Below are positions 19,901 to 30,216 of a stretch of DNA of 64,000 nt, in pieces. The notes beneath the pieces are model-generated. The model saw nothing but the letters and a program-made list of their open reading frames with translations. It made no database searches and was not told where the DNA came from. The translations under genes were made by a program, and so were the position numbers. The DNA comes from Dongiaceae bacterium. GTDB taxonomy: Bacteria; Acidobacteriota; Terriglobia; Acidiferrales; UBA7541. Positions within the stretch are counted from its first letter, which is position 1, and each line of letters opens with the position of its first letter. The stretch spans positions 881-64,880 of the forward strand of contig DATJZF010000030.1 in assembly GCA_035499255.1 (NCBI GenBank). Direction: 5' to 3'.

Positions 19901-21115
19901 GTGCTGGAACTCAATGCAGGCCTGGAATTTCCTCCCGATCGCGATGAGGAGTTTTTCTCACTCTTGCCCGGCCGGGCCGCTGTCTGCCTGATCACTTCCG
20001 ACGACTCCAAAGCTGAACCCTACTTGATTCGGTCAGCGGATCTGCGGCGGCGCTTGCAGAGATTGTTGGGGACGCCGGATCCTGCGAGCAAGCGGCTGAA
20101 TCTTCGAGAATTCGCCCGGTTGGTACGCTATCGCGAGACCGGGTCTGCTTTCGAGCAGGCGCTGACCTATTATCAGAACGCAAGGCACTTTTTCCCGAAG
20201 CGCTATGCTCGACTGGTGCGCATTCGCCCCGCGCCCGTTTTGAAAATCAATCTGCGCAACACTTACCCGCGCTGCTTTGTTACCCGGCGCATCGTCGTGA
20301 ACGAGGACGGAACGCCCGCGTCCGGTGCTTATTACGGACCGTTTCGTTCGCGGCGCGCCGCAGAGGCGTTTGCGGAGAGCGCATTGAATTTTTTCAAGGT
20401 GCGACGTTGCCAAATCAAGATTCGCCGCGATCCGGATTATCCCGGATGCATGTATTCGGAAATGAAGATGTGCCTGGCCCCCTGTTTCGCGGGGTGCTCG
20501 AAGGAAGAGTACGACGTAGAAGCCGGCCGGCTGGTGCAATTCATGGATACGGGCGGCAGCTCACTCCACGACGCGCTCGAGAAAGAACGCGAAGGAGCCA
20601 GCGAACAATTGGATTTCGAGAAAGCCGCTGCGGTCCACAAGAAAATCGAGAAGCTGGATGATGCGCTGCGCGGCCAGCCGGACCTGGTGCGGCGCATCGA
20701 ACGTCTGGACGCGGTGGTCCTGCAGCGCGCCACGGAGGACCACACCGTGGTTCTTTTCGCGATGCGCGGAGGACGGTTGCAGGAACCGTTCTGGCTGCAT
20801 TTTGCGGAGACCGGTAAACCTGCCTCCGCAGAGGAGACTGTGCGCGATTACCTGGACGGTATCTCCAGTTCTCCGCCGAATACGACATCCAATCTGCGGC
20901 AGAGCGCGACCGAACTGAGCGAGCATCTGGCCCTGCTGGCCCGATGGTTTTTCAGCAATCCGCGCGAGGGCGAGATATTCTTTCGAGAGAAGGATTGGCC
21001 GTATCGCCGAATCTTACGGGCATGCTCGCGGCTGCTGGCTCCCAAAGAGGCTCAGACCGAAACGAAACAGGCCGGGCCGGAAAGCAACGCGACCCGAAGC
21101 GAGGACACGAAATGA
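19901..21115 (+). CDS. UvrC-like protein (degenerate GIY-YIG, Cys-rich region, UVR domain)
   Basis: YYGPF, RRC..GCMY....CLAPC and ASEQLDFEKAA (UVR coiled coil); no HhH C-terminus seen. Confidence 0.75.
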   Translation: MLELNAGLEFPPDRDEEFFSLLPGRAAVCLITSDDSKAEPYLIRSADLRRRLQRLLGTPDPASKRLNLREFARLVRYRETGSAFEQALTYYQNARHFFPKRYARLVRIRPAPVLKINLRNTYPRCFVTRRIVVNEDGTPASGAYYGPFRSRRAAEAFAESALNFFKVRRCQIKIRRDPDYPGCMYSEMKMCLAPCFAGCSKEEYDVEAGRLVQFMDTGGSSLHDALEKEREGASEQLDFEKAAAVHKKIEKLDDALRGQPDLVRRIERLDAVVLQRATEDHTVVLFAMRGGRLQEPFWLHFAETGKPASAEETVRDYLDGISSSPPNTTSNLRQSATELSEHLALLARWFFSNPREGEIFFREKDWPYRRILRACSRLLAPKEAQTETKQAGPESNATRSEDTK

Positions 21116-22221
21116 ATCGCGGAGCGACAAAAGAGGGCACGATCAAGTATGCCGAGAAATTCCGGGGGCACGCCGCCGATGGCCATTTTAGACAAGTGCG
21201 AGAATTGGTTCTGTCTTCCATCGGAATCGGAACCTATTTGGGACCGGCGAACGACTCGAGCGATGCAGGTTATGCGGCCGCGTTGGTAGCTGCCGTGGAA
21301 TTGGGAATCAATGTGATCGATTCCGCGATCAATTACCGGCTGCAACGCAGCGAACGCAGCATCGGCACGGCGCTCAAGGTGTTGGCGAAGAAAGGATTTG
21401 ATCGCGACGAGATCGTGATTTGCACGAAGGGCGGCTATCTGACGCCCGACGGTTCGATGCCAGCCGACCCGAACCGCTATTTTTTTGAAGAATATATTCA
21501 AAAAGGGATTTTCACGGCGAAGGAGATCGCCGGCGGTTGCCACTGCATGGCACCGCGCTTTCTGGAGAATCAGCTGGCACGTAGCCTGAAGAATCTCGGC
21601 GTCGACACCGTCGACGTCTACTATCTGCACAATCCGGAAACGCAACTGGGCCACGTTTCTCGCGAGGAGTTCCTGAAGCGCGTGCGAGAAGCGTTCACAT
21701 TTCTCGAATTGATGGTAGAGCGCGGACGAATCCAGTATTACGGCATGGCGACGTGGAATGGCTTCCGCCAGCCTAAGACCGCGCGCGACGCGATACAACT
21801 TGCGGACATTACAAGAGTCGCGACGGAACTCGCGGGAGAAGGCCACCATTTTCGTTTTGTACAGTTACCGTTCAACCTCGGAATGACGGAAGCCTTGACT
21901 TTGGGAGGCCAAACGGTGAACGGTGGCGATAAAACGACGATGGAAGCCGCCGAAGAACTCGGTGTTCATCTAATCGCCAGCGCTTCCTTGCTGCAGGGCC
22001 AAGTGGCACAGAACCTCCCACCATTTGTGGCGGAAGCACTTGGGTTGGAAAACGATGCGGAACGCGCTTTGCAATTCGTGAGGTCCGCTCCGGGAATCAC
22101 GACGGCCCTGGTGGGAATGTCGCGCACCGCCCACGTGCAGGCGAACACAAGGCTGGTTCAAGCGCCGCCTGCCGGGATTGAGGAATTCAGCAAGCTTTTT
22201 TCGGGAGGGGAGCGCAGTTAG
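21112..22221 (+). CDS. Aldo/keto reductase
   Basis: IGIGTY, IDSAINY, ICTKGG and VDVYYLHNPE; ATG 21112 overlaps the upstream TGA. Confidence 0.9.
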   Translation: MNRGATKEGTIKYAEKFRGHAADGHFRQVRELVLSSIGIGTYLGPANDSSDAGYAAALVAAVELGINVIDSAINYRLQRSERSIGTALKVLAKKGFDRDEIVICTKGGYLTPDGSMPADPNRYFFEEYIQKGIFTAKEIAGGCHCMAPRFLENQLARSLKNLGVDTVDVYYLHNPETQLGHVSREEFLKRVREAFTFLELMVERGRIQYYGMATWNGFRQPKTARDAIQLADITRVATELAGEGHHFRFVQLPFNLGMTEALTLGGQTVNGGDKTTMEAAEELGVHLIASASLLQGQVAQNLPPFVAEALGLENDAERALQFVRSAPGITTALVGMSRTAHVQANTRLVQAPPAGIEEFSKLFSGGERS

Positions 22222-22880
22222 AGCTTGCGCAACTCCGGGTGGCGCTCAACCATCCAGGTACAAATTGCACCGTCGAGTTCCTCGAGGTGTCCTGCGAAGA
22301 AATGATCGGCGTCCTGCACGAAAACCAGTCGCGTATCACCCGGAATTCGCGCGACGATTTGCTCGACCTTTTCCCAGGCGCCGTGTTCGTCGAGCGTACC
22401 CTGCACGATGAGCTTGGGCTTGTCGCAGGTCTCGAGATAAGTAAACTCTGAGCTGTTGACGGGGATTCCGAGCCCGATCAGTTCTTCTATCCGGGCATCG
22501 GCGCACCCAACCTGCAGTCCGACCCAGCTGCCAAAGCTGAATCCGCCCAACAATAGCGGACGGCCAGGAAACTCGGACGCAAGAAAATTCACGGCGGCTT
22601 GGACATCGCCGCGTTCGCCGATGCCGCGGTCATGTTCGCCGGCACTCAGACCGGCACCGCGAAAATTGAAGCGCAACACCGGAACGCCCAGCGAATCGAG
22701 TGATTTTGCGGCCTGATAAATAACCTTGTTGTGGAGTGTGCCGCCGAAGAGGGGATGCGGATGGCATAGTACCGCGGCGACCGGCGACCGATCGGCACGC
22801 GTAGGAGACCAAAGCACCGCTTCCAGCTGCCCGACGTGCCCATCGAGAAAGAATTTTCGCGAATCGTGATGGATTTGCAT
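22218..22880 (-). CDS. Alpha/beta hydrolase
   Basis: CHPHPLFGG, RFNFRG, GFSFG nucleophile and ADHFF motifs. Confidence 0.92.
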   Translation of the reverse strand: MQIHHDSRKFFLDGHVGQLEAVLWSPTRADRSPVAAVLCHPHPLFGGTLHNKVIYQAAKSLDSLGVPVLRFNFRGAGLSAGEHDRGIGERGDVQAAVNFLASEFPGRPLLLGGFSFGSWVGLQVGCADARIEELIGLGIPVNSSEFTYLETCDKPKLIVQGTLDEHGAWEKVEQIVARIPGDTRLVFVQDADHFFAGHLEELDGAICTWMVERHPELRKL

Positions 22881-23074
22881 AAGCGTGAGCGAAGTCTACT
22901 TGATTTATCCAGTTCCCACATCCCGGTCACTTTAGAGATGCGCGAGGCAGGTAGTTCTATGCGGACCACAACGCATATTTTGTGGTACTAGAGCTATTAT
23001 GTTGGAATTTCGCGTTGAAGTTTACCGCGTTGGATGTTACTTTCGGCGCAGTTTGAAGCACTTGGGGGATTCGC

Positions 23075-23410
23075 ATGAGTGATTTGTCGGACCGGCGCGA
23101 AGCGAGGCGTTTTGTGATGACGCTTCCTGTACGCGTTCTGGCGCACGACGCGAGCAGCCCTGAATTGAAGGCGCACACGCGCGATGTAAGTTATCGCGGG
23201 CTGTACTTCCTCTCGGAAGCGAAATTCGATGACGGCACAGAGATTGATTTCATCATTACGCTCCCCCACCAGATGATTGCGGCTGGAGACGTGAATATTC
23301 GCTGCCACGGTCAAGTCGTACGCGTCGAATCCACCGATAACGGCAAGGTGGGGATCGCCGCGCGAATCGATCGATACGAGTTTGTTCCGGTTCGCGCGTC
23401 AGCGGCTTAG
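23075..23410 (+). CDS. Single-domain PilZ protein
   Basis: RREARR (RxxxR) and DVSYRG (DxSxxG) motifs. Confidence 0.85.
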   Translation: MSDLSDRREARRFVMTLPVRVLAHDASSPELKAHTRDVSYRGLYFLSEAKFDDGTEIDFIITLPHQMIAAGDVNIRCHGQVVRVESTDNGKVGIAARIDRYEFVPVRASAA

Positions 23411-23505
23411 CTTCCCTTCTCTTGAATTTCCCGCGAAATCTGCCTTTCCGATAGAATCTAGCGAGGAGTTGCGCGCAATTGGCGGCGGCAATCCAGGGGG
23501 AAGGT

Positions 23506-23739
23506 ATGTACCACTACAATCCGGAACAAGCGCTCGAAGAATTGCAAGAGGACGGGCTCTTGCCACACCCAGTGAAGCTACGCGACATGATCTTGCGCAA
23601 TCAGCTCGGACCGCAAGACGCGCAACTGCTTAACCATGAATTTCAAGAGTATCTGGGACGCTTCGGCGAGTTGCAGAGACTTGGGCGGACGATCCTGGAA
23701 AAGCTCACTACCGGACCGCGTAAGTCCGCTGCGACTTAA
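23506..23739 (+). CDS. Small hypothetical protein
   Basis: ATG 23506 behind GGGGGAAGG; helical 77-aa product. Confidence 0.6.
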   Translation: MYHYNPEQALEELQEDGLLPHPVKLRDMILRNQLGPQDAQLLNHEFQEYLGRFGELQRLGRTILEKLTTGPRKSAAT

Positions 23740-23840
23740 TTGGGACGCGACGCCGTGCGATGGGACCCAGGGTCGCGCATGGGCAGAGTCGCCGCATTGG
23801 CAGCCCGCTGTTACACTGAACCTTTGCTACTTACCCACAG

Positions 23841-24527
23841 ATGAGACGAAACACATTATTGATCGACGCGGACGATACGCTCTGGGAGAACAACGTCTTC
23901 TTCGAGAAGTTGATCGAAGATTTTATTAGCCTGGTAGAGCCGTCGGGCTACAGCCGCGCATACATCCGGCACATCCTGAATGAAACCGAGCGGAAGAACA
24001 TCCGGCAGTACGGCTACGGAGTACGCAGTTTCGGCCGCTCGCTCGAAGAGACTTACATGAAACTGGCGGACCAGATGGCCAAGCGCGAGGTCCTGGCCGA
24101 GATTCACAACCGCGTAGTGGAACTCGAACGCACGCCGCCAAAGATCCTTGATGGCGTGCCGGAGACACTGGCCTATCTGACGAACCGGCACCGGCTGATT
24201 CTTTTCACCAAAGGTGAGCCGGCCGAACAGGCGGCAAAAGTGGAACGCTCGGGCTTGCAGGGATTCTTCGAGGCCATTGAAATCGTCAGCGAGAAAGATG
24301 CAAAGACCTACGCCGCGTTGGTGAACAAGCACAAGATCGTGAAGACTCAGGGCTGGATGATCGGCAACAGCCCGCGCAGTGACATCAATCCGGCAATGGA
24401 AGCAGGCCTGAATGCCGTGTACATCCCGCACGTGAACACGTGGCAACTTGAACACGAGCCAGTGGTCGCGGGCTCCAGCAAGCTGGTGATCCTTCCGGCG
24501 TTTCGCGAATTGAGAAATCACTTTTAA
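23841..24527 (+). CDS. HAD superfamily hydrolase
   Basis: DADDTLW, TKG and MIGNSPRSDI motifs. Confidence 0.9.
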   Translation: MRRNTLLIDADDTLWENNVFFEKLIEDFISLVEPSGYSRAYIRHILNETERKNIRQYGYGVRSFGRSLEETYMKLADQMAKREVLAEIHNRVVELERTPPKILDGVPETLAYLTNRHRLILFTKGEPAEQAAKVERSGLQGFFEAIEIVSEKDAKTYAALVNKHKIVKTQGWMIGNSPRSDINPAMEAGLNAVYIPHVNTWQLEHEPVVAGSSKLVILPAFRELRNHF

Positions 24528-24568
24528 AATTCAGGTTCCGGGAATCTCCTTCGCTCGAGGTGCTCTGG

Positions 24569-25501
24569 ATGAGTTCGGAAAAGGCAAGGCCTAAAGTTGC
24601 GGTTGTCGGCACCGGCGCGGTCGGGGGCTATTTTGGGGGAATGCTGCTGCGCGCGGGCGTGCCGGTGGTGATGATTGGCCGGCCGGCATTCGTCGAGGCA
24701 GTGAAGGGCGCCGGATTGCACCTGGACACGACCCAATTCCAGGATACGGTTCACCCCGAAGTTTCGGGGGAACTTTCCGCGGTGGCGGGCTGTGATGTGG
24801 TCCTCTTGTGCGTGAAGACCACCGATACGGGCGCGGTGTCCCGGGAAATCGCCCGGCACCTTTCGACAGGCACCATTGTGGTCAGCATGCAAAATGGCGT
24901 GAACAATGTTCAAGACATTCGTGCGACGTCCGGCATCGATGCGATCGCGGCGGTGGTTTACGTTGCAGCGGCGGTGCCGGCGCCAGGAACGATCAAGCAC
25001 GGCGGACGAGGCGATCTGGTGATCGGGCCGCCCAGCGAGCGCTCGGAAGAGATCGCCGCCCTGTTCGCGTCGGCAAATGTGCTTTGCCGCGTGTCTGAGA
25101 ATATTGAAGCCGAACTTTGGACGAAATTCATTTGGAATTGTGCATTTAATGCGATCTCTGGGTTGGGGCTGGTCACGTACGACCAAATTGCACAGGACGC
25201 AGAGGCTCGCAAAATCGTGGAAGCGGCAGTTTACGAGACGCTCGCTGTGGCGCATGCGAAGGGGATTCGGCCGGCTCGATTTGATGATCCCGCGAAAACG
25301 ATTGCAGCCGCTTTCAATATTACCGAGTGGATGGTAGGCACGCGTTCCTCGACCGCCCAAGATATGGTGAGAGGCAAACGTACGGAGATTGATGCACTGA
25401 ATGGATATGTCGCAAAGCTCGGCGCAGAGTTCGGGATTCCCACGCCTGTGAATCAGACGCTGTATGCGCTGGTAAAATTGCAGGAACTAAATATCAAGTA
25501 G
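24569..25501 (+). CDS. panE: 2-dehydropantoate 2-reductase
   Basis: GTGAVG, CVK, MQNG, WTKF..N, SSTAQD and RTEID motifs. Confidence 0.9.
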   Translation: MSSEKARPKVAVVGTGAVGGYFGGMLLRAGVPVVMIGRPAFVEAVKGAGLHLDTTQFQDTVHPEVSGELSAVAGCDVVLLCVKTTDTGAVSREIARHLSTGTIVVSMQNGVNNVQDIRATSGIDAIAAVVYVAAAVPAPGTIKHGGRGDLVIGPPSERSEEIAALFASANVLCRVSENIEAELWTKFIWNCAFNAISGLGLVTYDQIAQDAEARKIVEAAVYETLAVAHAKGIRPARFDDPAKTIAAAFNITEWMVGTRSSTAQDMVRGKRTEIDALNGYVAKLGAEFGIPTPVNQTLYALVKLQELNIK

Positions 25502-25512
25502 ACGGTTGGTTG

Positions 25513-27270
25513 TTAGTCCCGCTGCGTGCCTCGGAACGGGATGTGCACGATTGCTTCCAGAGCTACGGGCTGTCCGTTCTTGGTGCCGGGTTCGAAACGC
25601 CACTGCTTGAACGCAGCAACGGAATTGGCATCAAGCTGCGGATCGAGCTTTCGCACGATTTGAATGCTGTCCACGCTGCCATCCGGACGAATCACGCCGT
25701 AAAGAACCACCTCGCCTTCCACATGTTCCTTCAGCATGTCCTGCGGGTATTTTGGGTCAACCTTGCGAATGGGTGCGGGCGCGTTCACCTCGCCGGGAAG
25801 ATTTGCCACACCAATCTGATGGAGCTCGGCGAAATGAATCACCCAGCTTCCGGTTACGCTATTCAGGTTCGGCATATTCACGTTCAGGGAATACACGCGA
25901 TGCGACTCGAAAATCTTCTCTGGCGGCGCGCCAGGTGGAAGCGCGGCAAAATTCGGGGGGCCGGTGCGTTCCGAGGGCTCTTCGACAGCAACATTGGGAT
26001 CGGGGCGTTTGTAGCCAGCACTGGCGCGGGGCAGGATCAGCTTGGAAGAACCTCCCAGCCCGGAAACGCCGGCGTTTGGCTTAGGATTGCCGCCGCTGAT
26101 GCTGATGCCCACGGAGTTCTCGCTGGCGCCGCTGGCGGCGTTTGGGCCACTGCTGCCTGATCCAATGGCAGCCGTTCCTGACCCGCTGCTGTTACCACTG
26201 CCCTTCCCCTCCGGAGATATCGCAACATTGGCGGCGAGATTGCCCTTCGGTACTTCGACAACCGGAGCAGGAGGCGAAGGAGAAGCAGAGAGCGCGATCA
26301 CGGTGGTTGATGAACCAGCGTTCGAATTGGCGGCTGCGGCACTGGCTAATTCCGGCGCGGCGACGGACTCGCCGTCTTGCTTGTGATCAGCAACGCGCGG
26401 CGCGGAACCGGTGTTAATTTCAAGGTGGGGACGCGCAGGGCCTTCGGCGGCGGTGGCGATGCTGAAATCAGACACGTGGGATTCCAGATTTGGCGCATCG
26501 GGCGGAGGCGTGTCGGTCATCGCCTTGCGCTTCACTTCTTTGGGACGCAACTTCGCGAGAGTCTGCTCGCTGATCTCCAGATGGGGACGAGCCGGGCTCG
26601 CTGTGCTGGCTAGCTGCACCATGTTGGGCAGTGGCGTCAGAACCTTGGGTGGTTCCATCGGAGCGTTGCTGTTGACGAGAGTCTGGCGTGGATGTGTAGG
26701 GTGAACAGGGTCGGTGTAGATGCGCTGGCGTGGATGGAACGCTTCATCATTTTGGAGAGTGGCTTCCTTCTCTCGCGCTTGCGGCTTCGCGGCTGCCTTC
26801 GAAGCGTGCTTCGGAACGTTCAGGAGGGGCAAATCGTCGATAGGACCGGACCAGGTGAGTTCCGTGTTGTCGAAAGCATTGTTGTGTTTCGGCGAAGCGG
26901 GAAGTTTGGGCGACGGTACCACGAAGAAGAAAACGTGCCACAAAGCGGCCGCGAGTACCGCGCGCAGGGGAAGATTTCGCTTGATTCGGCAGTCGCGGAA
27001 AATGTCGTCGGCTGGGTCGATTTTCGGGACCCGAGTCCACTTGAAAAATGCAGGGATTTCGCTCAGAAAGCTCTGATGGAAACTTTTCCAGGCAATCGTG
27101 AAGTTGGGAACAGGCTTTCCCGGTAGGCAGACAGCGATTGGGAACAGCTCGTTTTGCCCGAGCAAATCAAACGGATTGACCCGGAATCGGGGGGGTCGAG
27201 ACGGGGGCATAGCAGCCGGGATAGTCTCGCTTTGCCCGAGCAAACCAAGTGGATTGAATCGGTTTGACAT
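25513..27270 (-). CDS. TonB family protein (TM anchor, Pro/Gly-rich linker, TonB_C domain)
   Basis: TM helix with His (AALWH); C-terminal PKYP...VEGEVVL...DGSV...WRFEPG. Confidence 0.85.
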   Translation of the reverse strand: MSNRFNPLGLLGQSETIPAAMPPSRPPRFRVNPFDLLGQNELFPIAVCLPGKPVPNFTIAWKSFHQSFLSEIPAFFKWTRVPKIDPADDIFRDCRIKRNLPLRAVLAAALWHVFFFVVPSPKLPASPKHNNAFDNTELTWSGPIDDLPLLNVPKHASKAAAKPQAREKEATLQNDEAFHPRQRIYTDPVHPTHPRQTLVNSNAPMEPPKVLTPLPNMVQLASTASPARPHLEISEQTLAKLRPKEVKRKAMTDTPPPDAPNLESHVSDFSIATAAEGPARPHLEINTGSAPRVADHKQDGESVAAPELASAAAANSNAGSSTTVIALSASPSPPAPVVEVPKGNLAANVAISPEGKGSGNSSGSGTAAIGSGSSGPNAASGASENSVGISISGGNPKPNAGVSGLGGSSKLILPRASAGYKRPDPNVAVEEPSERTGPPNFAALPPGAPPEKIFESHRVYSLNVNMPNLNSVTGSWVIHFAELHQIGVANLPGEVNAPAPIRKVDPKYPQDMLKEHVEGEVVLYGVIRPDGSVDSIQIVRKLDPQLDANSVAAFKQWRFEPGTKNGQPVALEAIVHIPFRGTQRD

Positions 27271-27367
27271 CAGCCTTTAATTATAACGCGCTACACCTTT
27301 ATGCCAGAGGCAGCCGGGGACTCAGAAAAAGGGGCTGAGAGATAGATGAGGAGCAGCGGCCATAGGT

Positions 27368-27970
27368 TTACTCGCGGAGTTTTGCGGAGTTTTGGCTCTC
27401 ATTTCGCCGGATACGATAGAAACTGAGGCAGGCGTCGCCCTGCTTCAAGACGCGAACGCGGCTCAGATTGCCGATCGTCTCGGGTAGGTCGAAGTTCTTG
27501 CGATGCTCCGCGACAACCAGGCTCTGCTCATCCAACATCACGGCGAATCCCAGGAAAGAAAGCACACGGTCGTAGTCTTCCGTGTTGCCGTAGGGCGGAT
27601 CCAGAAAAACAATGGTGGGCATCTGGGGCCCCTGCTCGAGTTCTTTCTCGAGCAGTTCCAGGCCGTGGAGCGCGTCGACAGAGAGGACGCGCGCGCCGGA
27701 TTGTACTTCAAGCGAATCGAGATTCTTGCGGATCAGGGCGGCGGCCGGGGCGTGGCGCTCGATGAAGATGATCTCGCTCCCACCACGGCTCAACGCTTCG
27801 ATCCCAACGGCTCCGGTTCCTGCGAAGAGATCGACAAAGCGTGAGCCTGGTACTCGATCCGCCAAGACATTAAAAAGGGTTTCGCGCAGCCGATCGCTGG
27901 TAGGGCGCAACTCCATTCCCTTCGGGCTTCTCAGCTGGCGACTGCGAAATTTTCCCGCAATGATGCGCAT
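27368..27970 (-). CDS. rsmD: 16S rRNA (guanine966-N2)-methyltransferase
   Basis: MRIIAG, RPTSDRLRE, DLFAGTG, EALSRG and DPPY; start at ATG 27970. Confidence 0.95.
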   Translation of the reverse strand: MRIIAGKFRSRQLRSPKGMELRPTSDRLRETLFNVLADRVPGSRFVDLFAGTGAVGIEALSRGGSEIIFIERHAPAAALIRKNLDSLEVQSGARVLSVDALHGLELLEKELEQGPQMPTIVFLDPPYGNTEDYDRVLSFLGFAVMLDEQSLVVAEHRKNFDLPETIGNLSRVRVLKQGDACLSFYRIRRNESQNSAKLRE

Positions 27971-27983
27971 GCTTGCTCCTGCG

Positions 27984-30104
27984 TCAGCCCACACGTGCGA
28001 GGTGATAACGCCGCTGCCACTCGCCCGGCAGCAATCGCAGAACGTTCTGTAGAGCATCTTTCTGTGTGGGATTACCCGCGAGGGCGAAAGCTTCCTTGCG
28101 TGCAAGTTCCAACATAGGGCGGTCGCGCATAGGGTTGGCGACATGAAAACCGACTTCGCCGGACTGGCGCGTGCCAAAGAATTCGCCCGGGCCGCGCAGT
28201 TGCAGGTCGGTCTCGGCAATCTCGAAGCCATCGTTGGTGCGCTCCATCGTCTCCAGCCGCGCGCGGGCATCCTCGGTCAGTCGAGCGGGCGCAACGAGGA
28301 CACAATGCGATTTCTGTGCGCCGCGGCCGATGCGTCCGCGAAGCTGGTGCAATTGCGCCAGACCAAAGCGCTCGGCGTGCTCAATGACCATGACCGTGGC
28401 GTTGGGAACGTCGACGCCGACTTCCACGACGGTAGTGGCCACCAGGATTTGGACTTCGTTGCGGCGGAAGCGCTGCATCACATTGTCTTTCTCTTCGCTT
28501 GAAAGCCTGCCATGAAGCAAGCCAACCTTTAGTTTGGGGAAAACGAGTTTCGAGAGCCTCTGGTATTCCTCCATCGCCGCTTTCAACTCGAGTTTCGATT
28601 CTTCGATCACGGGATAGATGATGTAAGCCTGATGACCGGCTTCGACTTCGCGGCGCAAGAATTCCCAGACACCTTTCAATCGCGGCTCGCCGACCACGCG
28701 CGTCTCGATGGGCGTGCGTCCCGGCGGCAGCTCATCAATGACCGAAACATCCAGGTCACCGTAGAGCGTCAGCGAAAGCGTGCGAGGAATTGGTGTGGCG
28801 GTCAGCACTAAAACGTGCGGAGCGTAGCCATGGCGAACGGCTTTATCCATCAACCGTTTCCGTTGCATCACGCCGAAGCGGTGCTGTTCGTCGATGGCGG
28901 CGAATCCCAGCTTGCGAAACTCCACGTCCTCTTCGATGAGTGCGTGCGTGCCGACTACGAGCTGCGCGTCGCCGCTGCGAATCCGTTCTTTCGCCGTTGT
29001 TTTTTCCGCCGGCTTCAACCCGCTGATTAAGAGCTCGACGTGATAGCCGCCCGGAGCAAGAATCCGTTTGGCGCTGAGGTAGTGCTGTACCGCAAGAATC
29101 TCCGTCGGGGCCATGAGCGCGGCCTGGCAGCCGTTCTCTATAGCGATCACCGCGCCCTGCAGCGCGACAATCGTTTTGCCGCTGCCAACGTCGCCCTGCA
29201 AAAGCCGGTTCATCGGCACGGGCTTCTGCAAATCGGCGGCAATCTCGGCGAGCACACGTTTTTGAGCCGCGGTCGGCTTGAACGGCAAGATTCTCTTGAG
29301 TGCCTCGCGAATCGCATCCTCTCGTACACGAAACGGCGTGGCGTTCTCTTTGCGCGCCGTTTTACGGCCGAGCGCCAGGCTAAGCTGATAGAGAAAGAAC
29401 TCTTCGAAAATGAGCCGCTGCTGCGCCGGCGAACGAAACGTATTTAGCGCGTCCAAAGACTCTTCCGCAGGTGGGAAGTGCGTCTCAATGAGAGCTTGGC
29501 GCCGCGTTGGAAACCCAAAGCGCAACTTTAATTCCGCGGGCAGAATGTCCGGAACGTGGTCATCGAGATTCTGTAGCGTGGCATAGACGGCGCGGCGGAT
29601 CTGGCGCGAGCCGAACGTGCCGATCGCCTCGTAGATAGGGACGATACGGCCCATCTCGGTGGAATCGACTTCGTCCGTCTCCGCGTTTAGGATCTCGATT
29701 TGCGGATTCACCATTTCCCGGCGGGCCGGCCGGTTCTTATCGATCTCGACTCTTCCGTGAAGAATGAGCTGCTGTCCCGGCTTGAGCCGCCCCTCGAGGT
29801 AGCCGCCATGAAAGAATTTGCAAGGCAACGAGCCGGTGTCGTCTTGCACCAACAGGTGATAAATTGCGTCGCGGCCATACATGCCACGTACCGCTTGCCC
29901 GCTCATCACGCGCGCGCGCAGGGTGTAGGTGGAGTTGGGCTGTATGTCTTTGATTTTCGAAAAGTGGATGCGGTCTTCGTAGCGAAAGGGCAGGTAGTTT
30001 AAGAGGTCTTCGAGAGTGTAAATTCCGCGCTCGGCCAACAATTCCGCCCGTTGCGGCCCTACGCCCTTTAACATCCGCACGTCCGTTCTCAGACCGATAT
30101 CCAT
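27984..30104 (-). CDS. recG: ATP-dependent DNA helicase RecG
   Basis: QGDVGSGKT, DEQHRFG, TATPIPR and QLRGRIGRG motifs. Confidence 0.98.
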   Translation of the reverse strand: MDIGLRTDVRMLKGVGPQRAELLAERGIYTLEDLLNYLPFRYEDRIHFSKIKDIQPNSTYTLRARVMSGQAVRGMYGRDAIYHLLVQDDTGSLPCKFFHGGYLEGRLKPGQQLILHGRVEIDKNRPARREMVNPQIEILNAETDEVDSTEMGRIVPIYEAIGTFGSRQIRRAVYATLQNLDDHVPDILPAELKLRFGFPTRRQALIETHFPPAEESLDALNTFRSPAQQRLIFEEFFLYQLSLALGRKTARKENATPFRVREDAIREALKRILPFKPTAAQKRVLAEIAADLQKPVPMNRLLQGDVGSGKTIVALQGAVIAIENGCQAALMAPTEILAVQHYLSAKRILAPGGYHVELLISGLKPAEKTTAKERIRSGDAQLVVGTHALIEEDVEFRKLGFAAIDEQHRFGVMQRKRLMDKAVRHGYAPHVLVLTATPIPRTLSLTLYGDLDVSVIDELPPGRTPIETRVVGEPRLKGVWEFLRREVEAGHQAYIIYPVIEESKLELKAAMEEYQRLSKLVFPKLKVGLLHGRLSSEEKDNVMQRFRRNEVQILVATTVVEVGVDVPNATVMVIEHAERFGLAQLHQLRGRIGRGAQKSHCVLVAPARLTEDARARLETMERTNDGFEIAETDLQLRGPGEFFGTRQSGEVGFHVANPMRDRPMLELARKEAFALAGNPTQKDALQNVLRLLPGEWQRRYHLARVG

Positions 30105-30216
30105 CGCTCATTTCTTTATACCATTCCCGGAGTAACCTCCGCTTTTGGCGAAACTTGCGCGGCCGGCCTGCGTACCGATAGAGTGGGCGTTTGGCGAAGT
30201 CAGGCGAGGAGGCCCC

